A stretch of DNA of 63,341 nucleotides, filler included, from Craspedostauros australis (lineage: Eukaryota): the NCBI GenBank assembly GCA_030167865.1. It is 13 parts of 13 records of this genome, joined end to end, with 100 filler letters (N's around TTAATTAATTAA, not from the genome) between each part and the next. Parts side by side here need not be neighbours in the genome. Positions count along the whole stretch, not along the records: positions 58,819 to 61,061 come from JALAGF010005800.1; positions 61,162 to 63,341 come from JALAGF010005807.1; 11 more parts are not named here. One strand, given 5' to 3'. Both the position numbers and the translations under genes were made by a program. Numbering within the stretch: position 1 is the first letter of the stretch; every line of letters begins with the position of its first letter. The notes under the pieces were generated by a model that saw nothing but the letters and a program-made list of their open reading frames with translations, did not search any database and had not been told where the DNA came from. Shown here one piece after another: positions 58,819-63,341 of the stretch.

Positions 58819-61061
58819 GAACTGCGGTGAGTAATGAGGATGTCGAAATGGTGGGCTACGCATTCGTGGACGATACAGATCTAGTTGTGAACGCACGAGA
58901 TGGAGAAGATGTACAGCAAACCATACAACGCATGCAACGGAGCGTGCAATCGTGGGAGAGCCTAGCAAGGGCAACTGGCGGAGCATTGGTCGTAGAGAAA
59001 TGCATGTGGTGGGCTGTCGATTTCAAGTGGAATGCGGACGGCGCATGGAGATATGCCACGGACGAGGAGACGCCAGCCGAACTGATGATGAAGGGAACGA
59101 CAGGGATACCACAGGCGATNCCAAGAAGCGGGTGCCACCAGGCGTTTGAAACACTGGGAGTGAAGCTTGCGCCGGATGGCAATGACTCGGCGATCGAGAC
59201 AACGCTACGGAAAAAAGCGGAGCAATGGGTTGAGAAAGTGCGAACGTGGCGCATGAGACAGGAAGACGCCGAAATTGCGGTGTGAACAGTGCTGATGAAG
59301 AAGCTGGAGTATGTGTTACCGGTGGCCCAATTGTCAAGAGAGCAGTGCAACGGCATTATGAAGCCAGTGTGGAAGACTATGATGTCGAAAGTGGGCTTCA
59401 ATAAGGGGTTCCCAAGAGAAATGGCGTATGCAACAGCNNNNNNNNNNNNNNNNNNNNNNNNNNNNNNNNNNNNNNNNNAAGTGGTGGAACACATGAAGAT
59501 GGTCCTTGAGCATGGCGAAAGGATGACAATGACCGGCAAGCTGATGAGAGGGAGCATACAAGCAATGAAGACGGAAGTAGGAGTGGGCACATCCTTATTT
59601 GAGATCGGATACAAGGAGTGGGAGTTCTTGGCGACAGCATGTGGGGTCAAGACCGTGTGGAAGGAAGCCAGCGAGTGCGGCATCAGGATCCGGGAGAAGA
59701 CAGCAACGGCAGCGCTTGCACACGACANNNNNNNNNNNNNNNNNNNNNNNNNNNNNNNNNNNNNNNNNNNNNNNNNNCATTATGAAGCCAGTGTGGAAGA
59801 CTATGATGTCGAAAGTGGGCTTCAATAAGGGGTTCCCAAGAGAAATGGCGTATGCAACAGCGGGGTGGCTGGGTGCAGACCTGCATGAGTTGCATACAAC
59901 GCAAGTGGTGGAACACATGAAGATGGTCCTTGAGCATGGCGAAAGGATGACAATGACCGGCAAGCTGATGAGAGGGAGCATACAAGCAATGAAGANNNNN
60001 NNNNNNNNNNNNNNNNNNNNNNNNNNNNNNNNNNNNNNNNNNNNNNNNNNNNNNNNNNNNNNNNNNNGGGTCAAGACCGTGTGGAAGGAAGCCAGCGAGT
60101 GCGGCATCAGGATCCGGGAGAAGACAGCAACGGCAGCGCTTGCACACGACAAAGATGAATGGCTCATGGTAGCGTTTCGCGATGAAGGCTACAGCAGAGT
60201 GCAACAAGTTCGGTTGAACCGATGCCGCAATATCATGCAAGTGGTAAGCGTGGCAGACGTGATTGATGAGCGCCGCCAAAGAGTAATGGCCAGGCAACAG
60301 TACAGCGATGAAGGNNNNNNNNNNNNNNNNNNNNNNNNNNNNNNNNNNNNNNNNNNNNNNNNNNNNNNNNNNNNNNNNNNNNNNNNNNNNNNNNNNNNNN
60401 NNNNNNNNNNNNNNNNNNNNNNNNNNNNNNNNNNNNNNNNNNNNNNNNNNNNNNNNNNNNNNNNNNNNNNNNNNNNNNNNNNNNNNNNNNNNNNNNNNNN
60501 NNNNNNCAAATGGCGACGATGGAACGCATATGGAGGCAAGGCCTCAGGCGTAGCAGAATACGTACGATCGGGAGAAACGGCGAAGGAGCCGCCAGAAGAC
60601 TGGAGGGTGGTCTATGTGCGGGAGCGGCCAGAACGAATGCGAGTTGTGGGTACAGGGGGCCGAGCAGGACGCCACGGAAACCAGCACAACACGCGGGTGA
60701 GACGGTCCAAGCAGCGGTGGCTGGAGGCGGTGCTCCAAGGCAAGGCGGTTATCAGTACCGATGGGTCGTACAAAAACGGACGGAGCACTGCAGCATACTC
60801 TCTCAATATCCAAGGGCAGAGGCGAGGCCAAGTGTCGGCAGCAAGCGCAGTCCCAGGGCGCGAGGAGGTAAGAGCGCATACAGAGCCGAGATAGGTGGCA
60901 TCCTGCAAGCCCTACGTAGGGTTGAAGCGATCATAGAGGCGCACGGGGCCGGCCCAGCGGTGCAAGGAAAGGAAATCATCGTCGCGTGTGACAACAAGAT
61001 GGCCGGGATTCACGCTGTGGAATACACTCGGGATGTGGGCGTGTCAGTGCAACACTTTGAC
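58819..61061 (+). mobile_element. LINE RT C-terminal half plus RNase H (degenerate)
   Basis: AFVDDTDL, TGGAL..EKC, ETLGV.LAPDG, STDGSY, SAYRAEIGG and ACDN; stop at 59283 and a frameshift near 60870. Confidence 0.9.
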
Positions 61062-61936
61062 NNNNNNNNNNNNNNNNNNNNNNNNNNNNNNNNNNNNNNN
61101 NNNNNTTAATTAATTAANNNNNNNNNNNNNNNNNNNNNNNNNNNNNNNNNNNNNNNNNNNNCTTCACCATGCCTCTCAAAGTTGGTTCCCACGTCCTCTC
61201 CAAGTTCAACCATCCCTCCCACGGATCTCATGGTGAGAAGGTCCCACTCCGCGGCATCGTCCTGAAGTCCCTCACTGATTGTGTCTGGCCGATCCACTGG
61301 ACCTCGCTTGAGGTTGTGTGTGACCACCAAGCTGCGACGTTGAAGCTCAACAACAAACCCATCCACCATGCCCCTCCTGACAAGATTACCGACCTCATCC
61401 GCACCCGCTACATTGGGAAGGGTGTGTTGGCACTGCAACGCTTCCAGAAGAAGCGTGCATTCGTTGCTGCGCCCCATGCAGAGCTCTAGATTGGCTCAGC
61501 AGTCAGGAACCTGAAGGCCGGCGTCTCCATCGCCCACGCATCGACCGCAAACCACCCCAATCGCTCCCATCATGGCCACCCTGAATCGATGTCAAGAGTT
61601 CCTCCAGCTGGATCAGACTCCGCCTCTCGCTCTTTTCGCGTCAAAGGAGCAATCTCCGATGGCGACGAGCTTCGTGCCGATCTTCGCAGCAGCAGCCGTG
61701 ATGCCTCTGATGGAGCCAATGATGCTGATGGTGGCGGCGACTTGCCAATGGGCGATGACGCCAGCGCCTTGTCAGTCCATGATGGACCACACCTCGACTA
61801 CTCCTTTCGAGGCAACCGACTGGCTGACGCAGTGTCGCACAGGGCAGCCAAGCTTGCCCTTATGGGGGCGAATGTGGTTGTGGGCAAGGGCCTTGATACT
61901 CAGACCTGGACTGTGGTTCCTGACGACCACATCCAG

Positions 61937-62754
61937 TGTTGGCAAGTTCCATGATTGGAAGCCTACAATCGTGGAAGACGGTGTTGTTGATAGTCGGTCT
62001 GTTTGCTATTTCATTACATTGAGACTCCGATCCTCTCGGTGTCCGTTCTCTTGCCCGATGCTCTCGGCGCTTCAATCTGTTTCGTAGATTCGGTCTCCTC
62101 TACCTCCGACTATGAGTCGGTACGCGAGATCCTCTCTCGCTCCTCTCTGTATTCTCTCTCTCTCTTTCTCTGTCTTAGCATCATGTGTTTTGTGCTACAC
62201 GATACTACATGTTTGATGCATACTCCGCATTCGACGCTCCGTTCATTCAGTACTGGCTTCTACTCCATGAGTACTTACCATTTGAAGTTCACCTTCAGTA
62301 TCCATGATCTTCATGGGTCATCGGATCTTCACCTCCTGCTCTGACTTGGAGACAGATGTCGATGTGGTGACATGTTGACATCCTGTCGACGTCAGTAGGC
62401 GTCCTTCTGCTCTCCAGATGTCACGTTCCATTGGTGATGTAGCAGCCTGTCAGATGATATTGTCATCTGAGGTTTAGTTGGGAAGTACCTCGAGATTCTC
62501 TTGGTACCATTGATGGATGGACGGNNNNNNNNNNNNNNNNNNNNNNNNNNNNNNNNNNNNNNNNNNNNNNNNNNNNNNNNNNNNNNNNNNNNNNNNNNNN
62601 NNNNNNNNNNNNNNNNNNNNNNNNNNNNNNNNNNNNNNNNNNNNNNNNNNNNNNNNNNNNNNNNNNNNNNNNNNNNNNNNNNNNNNNGAATAACGGGTGA
62701 ACGATGCACATATACACGTACATCTCGACATATACTCACATGTACATCTCGACA
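61937..62754 (-). repeat. 3' LTR of a copia element
   Basis: TG...CA termini, immediately preceded on the minus strand by the PPT CAGGAAGGG (62763-62755). Confidence 0.92.
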
Positions 62755-62774
62755 CCCTTCCTGTGTGCATTTGG

Positions 62775-63341
62775 TCATTCGAATGTTCTTGATGTGTCAA
62801 GGTATGACTTCTCATGTTCACGTTGTAAGTCGGCCTTGATGTTCTTGGTGAATCCGTCGCTTGTGTTCTGCTCGGATTGACGAAGATGATTTCGATGGTT
62901 TTGTTGATTACCATATTTCTCACGTAGTGATGGCGCACGTCGATGTGCCGCGATTGTTGGGATGTTGATGGGTTCTTGGCGATGAAGATCGCTCCGATGT
63001 TGTCCACNNNNNNNNNNNNNNNNNNNNNNNNNNNNNNNNNNNNNNNNNNNNNNNNNNNNNNNNNNNNNNNNNNNNNNNNNNNNNNNNNNNNNNNNNNNNN
63101 GTATTCTGCTTCGGATGAGCTGAGTGTGACGGCCTTCTGTGCCTTGGATCGCCAAAGGATTGGTACCTTGCACAGGTATAGAATGAATCCTCCTACGCTG
63201 ATTCTCGTGTTCTTATCTCCTGCATATTCGCTATCGCAGAAGAGCTCCATATCCCAACCGTCGTCGTCTGGATGCGCTGGATGGATCTTCAATCCATAGT
63301 CCTTTGTATCGATCACATACTTGATGATCCGATACATCTCC
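62775..63341 (-). mobile_element. Ty1/copia RNase H (frameshift near 62878)
   Basis: FCDSEYAGD, LSSSEAEY, VDNIGAI and HIDVRHHYVR, with NTSDGFTKN in the shifted frame. Confidence 0.95.

Noticed and set aside
2050..61117. Recurrent TTAATTAATTAA as a biological repeat or piggyBac TTAA site
   Set aside because: Always centred in identical 44-N padding, so it is an artificial concatenation linker.

Overview
Eukaryotic, very probably diatom, draft-genome sequence. It consists of 13 unrelated scaffolds joined by 12 artificial 100-bp linkers (44 N + TTAATTAATTAA + 44 N), so adjacency across linkers is meaningless. Most scaffolds are transposon debris: two kinds of Ty1/copia element with a reconstructable ~0.8-kb LTR, RNase H-bearing LINEs, a DIRS-type element, piggyBac-like and Sola-like transposases, and a MITE family with ATAT-flanked TIRs and internal 16-18-bp palindromes. 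One 25.8-kb scaffold (23023-48857) carries host genes: a 1689-aa signal-peptide protein combining a degenerate P-loop NTPase, a ~500-aa N/Q-rich repeat insert and a PD-(D/E)xK-like nuclease (Crinkler/CR-effector-like); a secretory double-SET protein; a histidine phosphatase; a head-to-head pair of 2-TM class III nucleotide cyclases; a small spliced HEPN-like (RNKLVH) gene not visible intact in the ORF track; and an ankyrin protein with near-identical 102-bp repeats. The best leads are the NTPase-repeat-nuclease protein, the spliced HEPN gene and the ATAT MITE, whose removal restores a host reading frame. All family assignments come from motif recognition by eye; no searches were run.
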